A stretch of DNA of 64,000 nt from NCBI GenBank assembly GCA_963675745.2, contig CAXXWX010000006.1, positions 160,001 through 224,000 on the forward strand. The letters are read 5' to 3'. Position numbers and translations under genes: made by a program. Positions 28,283-38,469 of the stretch are shown here, piece by piece (the first letter of the stretch is position 1; each line of letters opens with the position of its first letter). The notes under the pieces were generated by a model, which had not been told where the DNA came from, searched no databases, and was given only the letters and a program-made list of their open reading frames with translations. The stretch comes from Phycisphaerae bacterium. GTDB taxonomy: Bacteria > Planctomycetota > Phycisphaerae > UBA1845 > Fen-1342.

Positions 28283-29779
28283 CTAAATTCCGTACAGCGG
28301 GCCGAACTTGGCGCGCAGATACGCCATGAACGGCTTGGCCGTAAGACCCTCGCCCGTGACGACCTCGGCCAACTCGTTGGCGCGGTAGCGCATGCCGTGC
28401 TTGTGGATGTTGTCGCGCAGCCACTCGCGCAGCGGCCCCAACTCGCCGCGGCGGATCTGGTCATCCAGATCGGGCAGGGCCTGCTTTGCAGCCGCAAAGA
28501 ACTGCGCTGCGTACAAATTCCCCAACTGATAGGTCGGGAAATAGCCGAAGATGCCCATGCTCCAGTGGATGTCCTGCAAGCACCCCTGGGCGTTGTCCGG
28601 CGGCGTGATGCCGACGTATTCCTCGAACAGACTGTTCCACTTGTCCGGAACGTCGCGGGTGGCGAGTTTGCCCGCGATCATCTGCCGCTCGATGTTGAAA
28701 CGCAGCATGATGTGCAGGCCATACGTAACCTCGTCGGCCTCGACGCGGATCAAGCTTGGGCGGACGTTGTTGATCGCAAAATGGAACGCGGGCAACGGCA
28801 CATCCGCCATGACCGGGAAAGTGCGCTGGAAGTCCGCGTAGAAATGTTCCCAGAAAGGCAGGCTGCGACCGACCTGGTTCTCCCAGAGCCGTGATTGGGA
28901 TTCGTGAATGCCCAGCGAAACACTGCTGCACATCGGCGTCCCGGTGTGCTGCGGATCGAGCCCCTGCTCATAGAGCCCGTGTCCGGCCTCGTGCATGGTG
29001 CCGAACAGCGCCATGGGGAAGTAATTCCGGTCATAGCGCGTTGTCAGGCGGACGTCGTTGGGTGTCGCCCCCGAACAGAAGGGATGCACGGCCACATCCA
29101 GACGACCCGCCTCTTTGTCGAAAGTCATCGCGTCGAGCACGCGACGGCCGAACTCCTGCTGTTTGTCCACCGGGCAGTCGCGTTTCAGAATCTCCAGATC
29201 AGGCTGGCGGGGTGCGTCCTTGATCGCCGCGACCAACGGCACCAGATCCTCTTTCAAATCATCGAAGACGGCCTGTACGTCCGCGGCTCGCGCCCCCGGC
29301 TCATACTCATCCATCAGCGCGTCGTACGGCTCCGTGTCCCAGCCGATCTTGTCGGCGACCTCGCGTTTCAGATCGAGCAGCTTGTCGAGGTGCGGTGCGA
29401 ACTGGTCGAAGTCAGAATCGGCCCGGGCCTTGGCCCAGGCGGCCTGAGCGAGAGAGGTGGCCTTGGCGATGTCCTTCACGAGCTGAGTAGGCAGCTTCAC
29501 GTCGCGGTCATAGATGCGGCGGGTCTCGCGCAGATTGGTCCGCACCACGAAGTCGTCGTCCTCTTCCTGTTCGGCTTTGGCCAACAGGCTGCCAAGCTCG
29601 GGGCTGGTCTGCTTGTCATGGGCTATGCCGGCAATCAACGCGAGCTGGTTCGCCCGGTTGGCGGAGGCTTTCTTGGGCATGTAGGTTTCCTGATCCCAGC
29701 CCAGCAAAGCGCCAACCTGCTGCACGGTGGCGACGTCCTTGACCAGTCTGATCAGTTGTTCGTAGGTTTCACTTGGCAC
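28283..29779 (-). CDS. Carboxypeptidase, family M32
   Basis: LLGWDQETYMP, HPF, HEAGH, HESQSR, IRVEADE, GCLQDIHW, YFPTY; GGAGGA RBS before GTG 29779. Confidence 0.96.
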   Translation of the reverse strand: MPSETYEQLIRLVKDVATVQQVGALLGWDQETYMPKKASANRANQLALIAGIAHDKQTSPELGSLLAKAEQEEDDDFVVRTNLRETRRIYDRDVKLPTQLVKDIAKATSLAQAAWAKARADSDFDQFAPHLDKLLDLKREVADKIGWDTEPYDALMDEYEPGARAADVQAVFDDLKEDLVPLVAAIKDAPRQPDLEILKRDCPVDKQQEFGRRVLDAMTFDKEAGRLDVAVHPFCSGATPNDVRLTTRYDRNYFPMALFGTMHEAGHGLYEQGLDPQHTGTPMCSSVSLGIHESQSRLWENQVGRSLPFWEHFYADFQRTFPVMADVPLPAFHFAINNVRPSLIRVEADEVTYGLHIMLRFNIERQMIAGKLATRDVPDKWNSLFEEYVGITPPDNAQGCLQDIHWSMGIFGYFPTYQLGNLYAAQFFAAAKQALPDLDDQIRRGELGPLREWLRDNIHKHGMRYRANELAEVVTGEGLTAKPFMAYLRAKFGPLYGI

Positions 29780-29869
29780 GGGGGGTCCTCCACTCGCCTG
29801 ATCCTGATGAACCGGAACCGCCATCTTATCAATCCGGTGAAGCCGGGTACAGGCATGCCGCGGCGGGGG

Positions 29870-30250
29870 TCACTCATCGTTGCGGGGTGCAAAACTGCAG
29901 ACCAGCCCGCCGGCCGGCGCGCGAGTGATCCGCATGTGGCCGCGCAGCAGCGCGCCGGCCAGCTCGGCGTCGAGGGTGTCGGTGGCATAATGCTCCACTG
30001 ACGCGCGGCCACTATCCAACCGGCGCACATGTCCGCGGTCGCCGCTCAATTCGCCCTCGAAATCAAGGTACACCCGGCGGTGGTCGTGGATGCGCTCGGC
30101 GGGGATCGGCTCGGAGGTCGTCAGCGGATTATGCGCCAGACGCCATGTCGCCAGCAGCGGCAGCGCCGGCACCTCGAACAGAACATCCCAGTGGATGCCA
30201 GGGTCCGGCACCGAAGATCCGGTCGTATCGTGTTCGAGGACAACGAACAT
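29870..30250 (-). CDS. Stand-alone LigD N-terminal (3'-phosphoesterase-like) domain protein
   Basis: FVVLEH...HWD...E...TWR...DHRRVYLDFEG...G.V...D.G pattern. Confidence 0.75.
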   Translation of the reverse strand: MFVVLEHDTTGSSVPDPGIHWDVLFEVPALPLLATWRLAHNPLTTSEPIPAERIHDHRRVYLDFEGELSGDRGHVRRLDSGRASVEHYATDTLDAELAGALLRGHMRITRAPAGGLVCSFAPRNDE

Positions 30251-30298
30251 GCGGCCTTCCAGTTCGCCGGGCGCATTGTCCGGGCGGGCCCGCCGCCG

Positions 30299-30892
30299 TC
30301 AGTGGGAAATGGGCTCGGCCTCGCCGAAGAGTCTGTCGATCTCGCGTGACAGCTCGATGGCCTGGCCCGCGTTATCGCGCACGTGCAGAACGCCCGCGAA
30401 CTCCAGGGGGCCGAGCAACTCCGGCGCAACGCCAAGCTGGGCCACGGGTTGCAGCAGTGACCGCTCGAGCTTGACCTTCAGTCTGTTGCCGGACCTGCTC
30501 CTCTTCGGGTATGCGAAGCCGGTCCCGCGATATACCGCGTGTCCCTCGTCGGACAGGACGACGTAGCGCAGTGTGGCGTTGGTCATGGAGCTGTGAGCGA
30601 AGGTCTTGCCCGGGCGTGGGCGCCAGAACATGTGAATGTGCAACAATTCGCGAACAGCGCCGGTGACGCGCGAGGCCATGGTGGCTTCGGCGAGAATCTG
30701 GTAGTCGCCGTTTCCACAGGCCTGGTATACGCAGTCAGTGATCTCGATCTGGTAGCCGGCAAGTGTCGAGGCGTGATCCCGTACGAGCACGTTTATCGAC
30801 GACCGGTTGTCGGTACAGGCGGAGCAACTGACCAGCAGGGCGGCTGCGCCGAGCAGGCAGAGGTGACGGCATTGGCGGCGACGATCAATCAT
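30299..30892 (-). CDS. Hypothetical lipoprotein
   Basis: Basic N-terminus, hydrophobic stretch, SAC; overlaps the stop of the upstream amidohydrolase. Confidence 0.7.
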   Translation of the reverse strand: MIDRRRQCRHLCLLGAAALLVSCSACTDNRSSINVLVRDHASTLAGYQIEITDCVYQACGNGDYQILAEATMASRVTGAVRELLHIHMFWRPRPGKTFAHSSMTNATLRYVVLSDEGHAVYRGTGFAYPKRSRSGNRLKVKLERSLLQPVAQLGVAPELLGPLEFAGVLHVRDNAGQAIELSREIDRLFGEAEPISH

Positions 30893-31760
30893 CGTCGGTC
30901 AGTATCGATTGTCTACGCGGCCGACTGGAACCAAGGGTGTGCTCGATGCCGAGCAATTCGAGCGCGTCACGCTCGACGATGCCGCGCAACTGCTCACGCG
31001 GGATGGTGATCAGGTTGGTGCCATGGCTGACCTGGTTGACTGAATACAGCGCCTCGATGCCCGCCGCCGGCGAGCGATATGGGAAGTCGCTGCCGAACAG
31101 CAACTTGTCCATCACGCCGTATTCGTAGGCCGCCAGCAGGGTGTTGTAGGCCAGCCAGGGACGCCGCAGCAGTCCGGCGATGTCGGCGTACACGTGTTGA
31201 TGCTTGCTCAGGACCGCGATGGCCTCTTCCGCCCAGGGGCAGCCCAGGTGCGACATCACGATGCGCAAGTCGGGAAACTCGCGGGCGACCTCATCAATCA
31301 GCAGCGGGCGCGCGAATTCCATTTTCGCCGACGGGCAGCGCAGGCTCTGGTCGACAAACACCGGCAGGCCGCGTTCCGCGCACGCCTCGTACAGCCGCAT
31401 AGCTTGCGTCGCGGCCGGGTGATAGTTCTGCATGGGCGGGGAGATGGTCACGCCCTTGAGCTGGAGCTCCTCCTGAGCGGCGCGCACCTGCCCGATACAG
31501 TCGGCATCGTTCGGATCGATCCCCGCAAAGCCGATCATCTTCTGTGAGTAGCGCTTGACGTATCCGGCGACGAAGTCGTTAGGGATCTCGGCATCCAGGT
31601 ATCGGCTGGTGAGTCCGTGGACGATCGCCAGATCAACGGGGGCGACCGCCGCGAGATGCCGCTCAGCGTCGGCGTGCAACGGCCGAGCTTCCTCGACGCG
31701 CACGGTGCGTCCAAGCCAGTCCAGCGAATCCCATACCTGCGTGTGACAGTCGACGATCAT
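30885..31760 (-). CDS. Amidohydrolase family protein (amidohydro_2-like)
   Basis: IVDCHT, FPDLRIVMSHLG.PW, KLLFGSDFP. Confidence 0.9.
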   Translation of the reverse strand: MIVDCHTQVWDSLDWLGRTVRVEEARPLHADAERHLAAVAPVDLAIVHGLTSRYLDAEIPNDFVAGYVKRYSQKMIGFAGIDPNDADCIGQVRAAQEELQLKGVTISPPMQNYHPAATQAMRLYEACAERGLPVFVDQSLRCPSAKMEFARPLLIDEVAREFPDLRIVMSHLGCPWAEEAIAVLSKHQHVYADIAGLLRRPWLAYNTLLAAYEYGVMDKLLFGSDFPYRSPAAGIEALYSVNQVSHGTNLITIPREQLRGIVERDALELLGIEHTLGSSRPRRQSILTDDD

Positions 31761-31968
31761 GTTCGGCGATCAGTGTCTCCGCGAATTCACGACCGTGGCT
31801 ACATGCCCGGTGTGCCGCCGCGGACCGCGTTCATCGGAGGTTCGGCTGCATCCCCGACTCCGCCACCGCTGCGCACGGCGCTCGATATTGATGGCGCGCG
31901 CACTCGCGACTCGGGATTGACCGCGCGCTGCCCACGCCCCACATGCTACCTTGCCGCAGGCGCGGCGG

Positions 31969-32523
31969 TCAAGCATCCGGGTTGTGATCGTCCGTGTTGG
32001 GCTGCTGGCGCAGCAGCGTGACGGCCTCTGCGGCGCTGCCGGCGACGAGGGGCTGGGGGCTGCCCGGCTGGTGGTTACCGATGATCTCCACCAGCGAGCG
32101 CCAATAATCGCCGAGCAGGACCAGCGGCCGGGCCGGGCGCAGAAAACGCTTGGCGGCAAATTCCCAAACGGCGGCCAGTTCGAGCAGGGTGCCCGTGCCG
32201 CCCGGCAAGACTACATACGCGTCCGCCAGGCGCATCAGCGTGTTTACGCGTTGAAAGAGGTCAAACGTGGGGATTTCCTGTCGAATGTGGCGATTGGGAC
32301 CGCTTCGTCGCCGGATTGTGGCACACGTAACCCCGATGGTGTGGCCACCCGCCTCCATGGCACCCTCGGCCGCGGCGGCCATCGTGCCACCATATCCCCC
32401 GTTACACACCGTCCACCCGGCTTCCGCTATCGCCCGACCCAGCCGGCGGGCCTCTGCGTAAGCCGGGTCGGCCGCGACGACAGTTCCCGATCCGAACACC
32501 GTGATGACGGTCCGTCGTTGCAT
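31969..32523 (-). CDS. LOG family protein
   Basis: ITVFGS, NGGYGGTM.A, LPGGTGTLLE; GGAG RBS. Confidence 0.9.
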   Translation of the reverse strand: MQRRTVITVFGSGTVVAADPAYAEARRLGRAIAEAGWTVCNGGYGGTMAAAAEGAMEAGGHTIGVTCATIRRRSGPNRHIRQEIPTFDLFQRVNTLMRLADAYVVLPGGTGTLLELAAVWEFAAKRFLRPARPLVLLGDYWRSLVEIIGNHQPGSPQPLVAGSAAEAVTLLRQQPNTDDHNPDA

Positions 32524-32573
32524 CAAGAATCTCCGGCGATGCGTGGCCTGCGTAGTATAGCGAATGGGGCAAG

Positions 32574-32608
32574 AGAGCAGGGAACAGGGAACAGGGAACG
32601 GGGAACAG
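32574..32608. repeat. Heptamer tandem repeat (GGAACAG-like)5
   Basis: agagcag ggaacag ggaacag ggaacgg ggaacag, with a partly complementary tract at 32631-32660. Confidence 0.8.
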
Positions 32609-32662
32609 TGTGATATCCCGCCGACCACCGCCCTGTTCCCCGGTCACTGCCCTTTGTCCCGG

Positions 32663-33406
32663 CTACGCATCCAGCAGGATAATCTCGACGTGGCCGGGGC
32701 CGTGTACGCCCGTGACGAGTGTGCTTTCGATGTCCGCGGTTTTGCTCGGGCCGGTGATCAGGTTGATGTTCGCGGGTAACGGCGGGCCCTCCGAAAGGAG
32801 CGCGAAGTAGTCGACCAGGTCGGGCAGTATCTGCTCGCCGCGGACCAGCGCGATGTGTACGGGTGGGGCGAGTGTCGCCGAGCGTGGGGCAGTCTCGCTC
32901 GACGCCCAGATCAGCGAACCGGTCTCGGCGACGGCGCCGGCCACGCCGGTGATGGCGGCGTCCACATCGAAGAAAGTGGCCTTGTCCATGGCGGACGTGA
33001 CCGTCAGCCCGGACGCGCGCAGCGCGTCGGCCAACCGCGCGCCGCACTCCTCGCCGCCGATGACCATCACGGTGGCATCGAGGTAAACGGCCTCCACGTT
33101 ATGCTCGCGCAAGACTTCGCGCAATATGGCGAGCCAGTCCGCGTGCCGCGCGTCATGGACGCCGCAACCGGCCGACCGCGCCTCGCTGATGAATCGCGCT
33201 ACGAGATCATCTGCGCGGCTAACCTCGCGCGCTGCCTCACCGAAATCTTCTTCCTGAGCACTACGCGCCGCCGCCGCCTGCTCGCGCGTCTGACCTCGCC
33301 CGCCGGGCCGTTTGTCGCGGCGTTTGAGTCCGGCGATGAACTCGCGCAGCACGGCATCCGCCGCCGGCGCCGGTCGGTCATTACCGTCAGTCGGGTGATT
33401 CATCAC
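32663..33406 (-). CDS. lutC: Lactate utilization protein C (LUD domain)
   Basis: AVAETGS, PPVHIA, ITGPSKTADIE.TLVTGVHGP; last gene of lutABC. Confidence 0.9.
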   Translation of the reverse strand: MMNHPTDGNDRPAPAADAVLREFIAGLKRRDKRPGGRGQTREQAAAARSAQEEDFGEAAREVSRADDLVARFISEARSAGCGVHDARHADWLAILREVLREHNVEAVYLDATVMVIGGEECGARLADALRASGLTVTSAMDKATFFDVDAAITGVAGAVAETGSLIWASSETAPRSATLAPPVHIALVRGEQILPDLVDYFALLSEGPPLPANINLITGPSKTADIESTLVTGVHGPGHVEIILLDA

Positions 33407-34793
33407 CCAGTCCTTTCAGCCAACGCTTGCGGAAACTGTCTTTCGGCGGCGTCGGCATATCCCGCGACCGGGTCCAGGCCTTCAGCGGGCCGATACCGGT
33501 GTGCGACCACTCGCGACCGCCGCGGCCTAACCAGCTACGCATCAGCCATTGTCCCAAACGGTAGAGCTCCGGCCGGCGCATCGCGGAGCCCCACAGCCAC
33601 ATGCCAAGCCGTTTCGATAGCGGCTGGGTGTGCGTCGCGCGCCCGCGCAGCTTCAGCAGCAACGATGGTATGTCCAGCTTCACCGGACAGGCAACGGCAC
33701 ACACACCGCACAGGCTTGATGCGCGCGGCAGGTCGGCGTGCTGGGACAGGCCGCCAAGCAGTGGCATCAGCACCGAGCCGATCGGTCCCGGATAGACGCT
33801 GTTGTAGGCATGGCCGCCGACGTTGCGATAGACCGGGCAGGCGTTCAGACAGGCGCCGCAGCGGATGCAGCTCAACACGGCGCGAAACTCGCCGGCCCAG
33901 ATGTCCGATCGCCCATTGTCCAGCAGCACGACGTGCAGATGTTCCGGGCCGTCGGGGTCGGCGGGGCGCTTCGCGCCGGTGATCAGCGTCGTGTATACCC
34001 CCATCGGCTGACCGGTCGTCGAGCGCGAGATCAACTTCAGCAGCACCGGCAAGTCACTCAAACGCGGGACGAGCTTCTCGATACCCATCAAGGCCACGTG
34101 TACGCGCGGCTGCGTCGTCGTCATGCGGCCGTTGCCCTCGTTGGTCAAAATGCAGAGCGTACCGCTCTCGGCGACGCCGAAATTCACGCCGGTAATGCCG
34201 AGATCGCAGCGCCGGAAGATGTCCCGCAAGTGCGCGCGGGCGATCATGGTCAGCGCGGTGGGGTCTTCCGTGTATTCGCAGCCGATCTCGCGCGTCATCG
34301 CCCTTGCGATCTGCGCGCGGTCCTTGTGGATGATCGGGCTGACGATGTGACTCGGGCGATCGTGATCGATCTGGACAATGAACTCGCCCAGATCAGTCTC
34401 GACGCAGCGCACGCCGGCCGACTCTAACGCGTCGTTAAGCCGTACCTCCTCGGTGGTCATGCTCTTGGCCTTGACGGCCAGCCGTGATTCGTGTTGCCGG
34501 GCAATGTCACAGACAATGCGCCGGGCGGCGACGGCGTCTTTCGCGAAGTGTACGTGCCCGCCATGACGCTCGACCTGGGCGGCGAACTGTTCGAGATAAC
34601 GCGGCAGCTCGTCGAGTGCGTGACGCTTGATTTGCTCGGCCATCGAGCGCAGCGCCTCGGCATCGCGCAGCTTGGCGAGCGCGTCGACGCGCTGCGCGAC
34701 CTTCTTGAAGGTGGTCGAGTGTACGGCGCGCATCAGCCGCTCGTCGGCCTGCGCTGCGCAAACGCGCTCGCGGAATGTGCTTGGCGCGCTCAT
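33387..34793 (-). CDS. lutB: Lactate utilization Fe-S protein B
   Basis: KAKSMTTEE, ETDLGEFI, TNEGNGR, CIRCGACLNACPVY, YPGPIG. Confidence 0.95.
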   Translation of the reverse strand: MSAPSTFRERVCAAQADERLMRAVHSTTFKKVAQRVDALAKLRDAEALRSMAEQIKRHALDELPRYLEQFAAQVERHGGHVHFAKDAVAARRIVCDIARQHESRLAVKAKSMTTEEVRLNDALESAGVRCVETDLGEFIVQIDHDRPSHIVSPIIHKDRAQIARAMTREIGCEYTEDPTALTMIARAHLRDIFRRCDLGITGVNFGVAESGTLCILTNEGNGRMTTTQPRVHVALMGIEKLVPRLSDLPVLLKLISRSTTGQPMGVYTTLITGAKRPADPDGPEHLHVVLLDNGRSDIWAGEFRAVLSCIRCGACLNACPVYRNVGGHAYNSVYPGPIGSVLMPLLGGLSQHADLPRASSLCGVCAVACPVKLDIPSLLLKLRGRATHTQPLSKRLGMWLWGSAMRRPELYRLGQWLMRSWLGRGGREWSHTGIGPLKAWTRSRDMPTPPKDSFRKRWLKGLGDESPD

Positions 34794-35530
34794 CCTTCCG
34801 GCTCCATGAGTCCCAGGGACTCAGCCAGGCACTCCGCCAGGTGCTTGAAACGCAGATCGAGTTCCCGACGACGCGCCCCGCCCGCGAGATTCAAACCACA
34901 CCCCCCCTCGTTGCAGATCACCAGCCGCGCCCCGCTCGCGACCAGATCGTCGAGCTTGTCTTCCAGCATCGCCCCGCTGATTTCCGGAAAATCAACGGCG
35001 AACATGCCGCCAAAGCCGCAACACAAGTCGGCGTGCGGGGGCGGTTGCACGCGGTTACCCTCCCCGGCCAGCCAGCCGCAAAGATCGGCAACCGTGTACA
35101 CCCCGCGCGCATGGCACGGATAGTGATACGTGACCGGCTCATTGAATCTGACGTGATCGGCGATGTCCACCGCGATCCGGTCCCGCAGAAACGTGGCGAA
35201 CTCATGCGTCTTGTGTGCGAGACGTTGGGCCGCGGTAGCCCACTCAGCTTCATCGGCAAGCAGCTCCGCGTAGTGGTCCTTCAGCATCGTCGCGCATGAC
35301 GCGGACGGCGTAACAACGTGCTCGTACGGCTCGAAAATCTCAATCAGGCGCCGGGCCAGTGGTTTCGCCGCGTCACAAAAACCGCTGTTGAACGCCGGCT
35401 GGCCGCAGCAGGTCTGCTCGGCGGGGAACTCAACCTCGCAGCCGAAGTGGCGCAGCACACGCACGACCGCTTCGCCAACACGCGGATAAAAAGTGTCCGT
35501 CAGGCAGGTTATGAACAGCGCCACGCGCAT
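34790..35530 (-). CDS. lutA: Lactate utilization protein A (two CCG domains)
   Basis: MRVALFITCL.D, QTCCGQPAFNSG, YHYPCH, CCGFGG.F. Confidence 0.93.
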   Translation of the reverse strand: MRVALFITCLTDTFYPRVGEAVVRVLRHFGCEVEFPAEQTCCGQPAFNSGFCDAAKPLARRLIEIFEPYEHVVTPSASCATMLKDHYAELLADEAEWATAAQRLAHKTHEFATFLRDRIAVDIADHVRFNEPVTYHYPCHARGVYTVADLCGWLAGEGNRVQPPPHADLCCGFGGMFAVDFPEISGAMLEDKLDDLVASGARLVICNEGGCGLNLAGGARRRELDLRFKHLAECLAESLGLMEPEG

Positions 35531-35777
35531 GAAAACTCCGGCCGGGTTTCCCGGGCAAGCGTGGCGCGGCAAACAAAGGCGACCGCGCATGCGCCGGTCG
35601 CGCGCATTGTAGCGGCGGCGGCGACTCTGCGGGAATGTCACGGCCGGTTAGTGCAGAGCAGTATGGAAAATTGGGAATGCGGGTTGAAGGTCTCATGGGG
35701 ACTGGTGAGAATGACGCGTAGATGAGTGGGTATGGTGTGCGCGTAACGTCTGTTCACCTGGGCTGTCTGGGAGGTGC

Positions 35778-36668
35778 TTGACCGTGACATCACGACAATG
35801 CTGCCGTCGCGCCGCATGGGTTCCATGCGTTGTGCTTCTAACCGTCGTCGGCTGCGTGATCACCACGCCCACGCCGATCGAGATCACGCCGACAGTGCTA
35901 ACCGCCGCGATTGAAGGACGGGCATACTCGGCCGGGCTGATCAACACCGGCGGCGGCGACACCACCTGGTCGATCGCCAGCGGCCAGTTGCCCGACGGAC
36001 TGTTTCTGGGCAGTGAAAGCGGCGTCATAACCGGAACGCCCACACTGCCGGGAACCTACTCGTTCACCGTCAAAGCCCGCTCCGGAACCCAGTCGGGCGA
36101 AATAAACTACAGCCTGCAAGTGATCTCAATGCTGCGCGTGCAAGCCAGCCTGGCCAATCCGCAGGTGGATGTGGCTTATAGTGCCGCATTGCTGCCATCG
36201 GGCGGTCTCGCGCCGTACACCTACTCGTCTGTAGGGCTGCCGGCGGGATTGAGCCTGGACTCTGATACCGGCGTAATCTCGGGTTCACCCGTGGTTCCCG
36301 CCCAGAGCGTACAACTCCAATTCACGGTCACCGACAGCAACGCCGGCGCGTTGCGACAGACCGCGACCACAACCGTGTTTGTGATGGTCCGCCCGCGGCC
36401 GGTGAGTATCACGACTACGGAACTGCCGAACGCCACGTTGCACACGGCATATACGCAGGCCGTTGCCATCGCGGACGGGCTGGGGCCCTACAGCTTTGCA
36501 ATTACCAGCGGAACTTTGTCTGGCAGCGGACTGCGCCTGGATACGAGCACCGGAGCAATCACGGGCACTCCGGCACAGGCCGGCATCTTTGAATTCACCG
36601 TCCGCGTGACGGATAGTGACGTGCCGCCCAACGTTGCCTCGCAGGCGCTGTCAATCGTTGTTGAATAG
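35778..36668 (+). CDS. Lipoprotein with three putative Ig (He_PIG-like) domains
   Basis: VVGC lipobox-like site; repeats LPDGL.L....GVITGTPT, LPAGLSLDSDTGVISGSP and GLRLDTSTGAITGTP; start uncertain. Confidence 0.85.
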   Translation: MTVTSRQCCRRAAWVPCVVLLTVVGCVITTPTPIEITPTVLTAAIEGRAYSAGLINTGGGDTTWSIASGQLPDGLFLGSESGVITGTPTLPGTYSFTVKARSGTQSGEINYSLQVISMLRVQASLANPQVDVAYSAALLPSGGLAPYTYSSVGLPAGLSLDSDTGVISGSPVVPAQSVQLQFTVTDSNAGALRQTATTTVFVMVRPRPVSITTTELPNATLHTAYTQAVAIADGLGPYSFAITSGTLSGSGLRLDTSTGAITGTPAQAGIFEFTVRVTDSDVPPNVASQALSIVVE

Positions 36669-36738
36669 CCGCCGGGGCCGATCAGCGCGCCCCGGACGCG
36701 CGCAACCGCGAATCACTCGCGCTCGGATGGAGCAGAAC

Positions 36739-37440
36739 ATGAACAGACTGGGCATGCTAGTAACACTGGGCATCATGCTGGGGCTCGTATGCGGCGGTTG
36801 CGCCATTGAAGTCGATGTCCCATCTGATGGCGGCAGCGCGATCACCGCGCCGCTCGATCAGGCCAACGCGACGATAACGATCGAAGGACTGGCCTCTACC
36901 GGTCAGGCCACGGTGACCGCGCGCCTGACCGATTCTCGCGGCCGGCTGATCGAGCTCGGCAGCGGCCAGGCGGTATTCGTCGCCGGCCAGCAGTTGACCG
37001 GACCGAATCTCAATGGTGACTACGTGGCCACCATCGGCGCCGCCGGCGAGTACATCATCGAGGCCTCGGAGCCGTCGCTGGGTATCCAATCGACCACGGT
37101 GTCGGCGCCGCCGGGGTTCCTGATCCTCACGCCGGAGCCGCAGGACACGGCCTCGCTGGCCGGTTTCACGATGACCTGGGATGGCGCCAACCCGAATCTG
37201 ACTGTAATGATCAACCTGCGCCAGAATGTCTTCGGCCAGGATCGCGAACGCAGCTTTGGCCCCTTTGCCGACACCGGCACTCAGACGTTCGGCGCCGACA
37301 ATCTCAGCGGGTTTCAGCAAGGGGCGCCGTTGGTGGCCGAGGTGGTCAAGAGCACCACGCGAAGCAGCCTGAACGGTTTCCAAAGCGCGACCGTGGAATC
37401 AACCTTCACCCAATCCGTGCTCGTCAACCCCGGCCCGTAA
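36739..37440 (+). CDS. Hypothetical lipoprotein (beta-rich)
   Basis: GGAG RBS; MNRLGMLVTLGIMLGLVCGGC signal. Confidence 0.75.
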   Translation: MNRLGMLVTLGIMLGLVCGGCAIEVDVPSDGGSAITAPLDQANATITIEGLASTGQATVTARLTDSRGRLIELGSGQAVFVAGQQLTGPNLNGDYVATIGAAGEYIIEASEPSLGIQSTTVSAPPGFLILTPEPQDTASLAGFTMTWDGANPNLTVMINLRQNVFGQDRERSFGPFADTGTQTFGADNLSGFQQGAPLVAEVVKSTTRSSLNGFQSATVESTFTQSVLVNPGP

Positions 37441-37463
37441 AGGCCACCCACGCCGAACGAGTA

Positions 37464-37498
37464 CGGCACGGACAGGCGGGGCAAGCCTGTCCGTGCCG
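37464..37498. terminator. Perfect 14-bp hairpin between convergent genes
   Basis: CGGCACGGACAGGC-ggggcaa-GCCTGTCCGTGCCG; no U-tract, so may instead be REP-like. Confidence 0.55.
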
Positions 37499-37544
37499 CT
37501 CGGCGAGGTAAGGGGTTAAGCCAGTCATAAAAGCGTGGGCAGCA

Positions 37545-38246
37545 TCACTCGGTCTTGCCGGGAGGCAGGATGGGATCTGCCGTGTCGTTAAACGCCAGGT
37601 CCGTGTCGGGTTCGACCCAGAGCCGCAATTCCGTGATCTCGTGGGTTACGCGTGCTTCTCGCGAAAGCTCACGCCCGCGCCCGAAGCCATATCCGTTATC
37701 AACCACAAAGCGGCGTACGCTTCCCGGCAGCAGCGGCCCCCGGAATAGTTCGTGATCAACCTCAAACGCCAGCGGCGTGGCAACCGCCGCGACGATCTCC
37801 CGGTCGGGCGCTGCACCAGGGTTGCTGACTGAAATGCGCGCCGTCAGGAGTGAGACGGTTTCCGCGCCGTTGTTGGCCACCTCGACAATCACACAGTATC
37901 GATCGCTGTCCTCGCCATACGGAGCGATGCTGGTGCTGAAGTCGAGCTGGTCGCGATAGGTGGGATCGCGGCGATCGTTGAAGGCGTCGGCGATCAACGG
38001 TGGGGCGATCTCGCGCCAGTTCCGAAGTTCCTGGAGCACGCTCTTCGCCATGTCGGCCGAGTCGCCGGTCAGACGGGCGACCAGATCCAGCGCCACATCC
38101 GTTTTCTTGTCCGCCACCCATAGCCCGTACATTCCCAGGAGAGTCGCACAGACAATGGTGACAATCAGGAATCCGAAGAATCCCTGCGCGATCGCGGTGA
38201 AGAACCCGCCCTTCTTGTTGACCACGACTGATGGCTGCGTGCTCAT
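37545..38246 (-). CDS. Hypothetical membrane-anchored protein
   Basis: AAGGAG RBS, N-terminal TM helix, 233-aa open frame. Confidence 0.75.
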   Translation of the reverse strand: MSTQPSVVVNKKGGFFTAIAQGFFGFLIVTIVCATLLGMYGLWVADKKTDVALDLVARLTGDSADMAKSVLQELRNWREIAPPLIADAFNDRRDPTYRDQLDFSTSIAPYGEDSDRYCVIVEVANNGAETVSLLTARISVSNPGAAPDREIVAAVATPLAFEVDHELFRGPLLPGSVRRFVVDNGYGFGRGRELSREARVTHEITELRLWVEPDTDLAFNDTADPILPPGKTE

Positions 38247-38469
38247 GGCCTTGCTCCTTCAGTGTCGGCGTCTTGTCGCGGCCGGCTGCCGGCCCGCTAC
38301 GCCTACTGATACGTTCCAACGTGGACTTCGCATCTGGACTGGTATTATTGCCCAAGTGGCTCAGAAATACCGTCGGAAAACGTCGGCCCCGCGCGGGGAC
38401 ACGGCGCCCACTTGCCGATCGTGTACAATGTGGTCGGCGTACGTGGTGCGGACCGCTGCGAGGCGTATC

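Noticed and set aside
37960..38469. 170-aa N-terminal extension of the alpha/beta hydrolase in the ORF track
   Set aside because: It overlaps the opposite-strand gene 37545-38246; the lipoprotein signal begins at ATG 38470.
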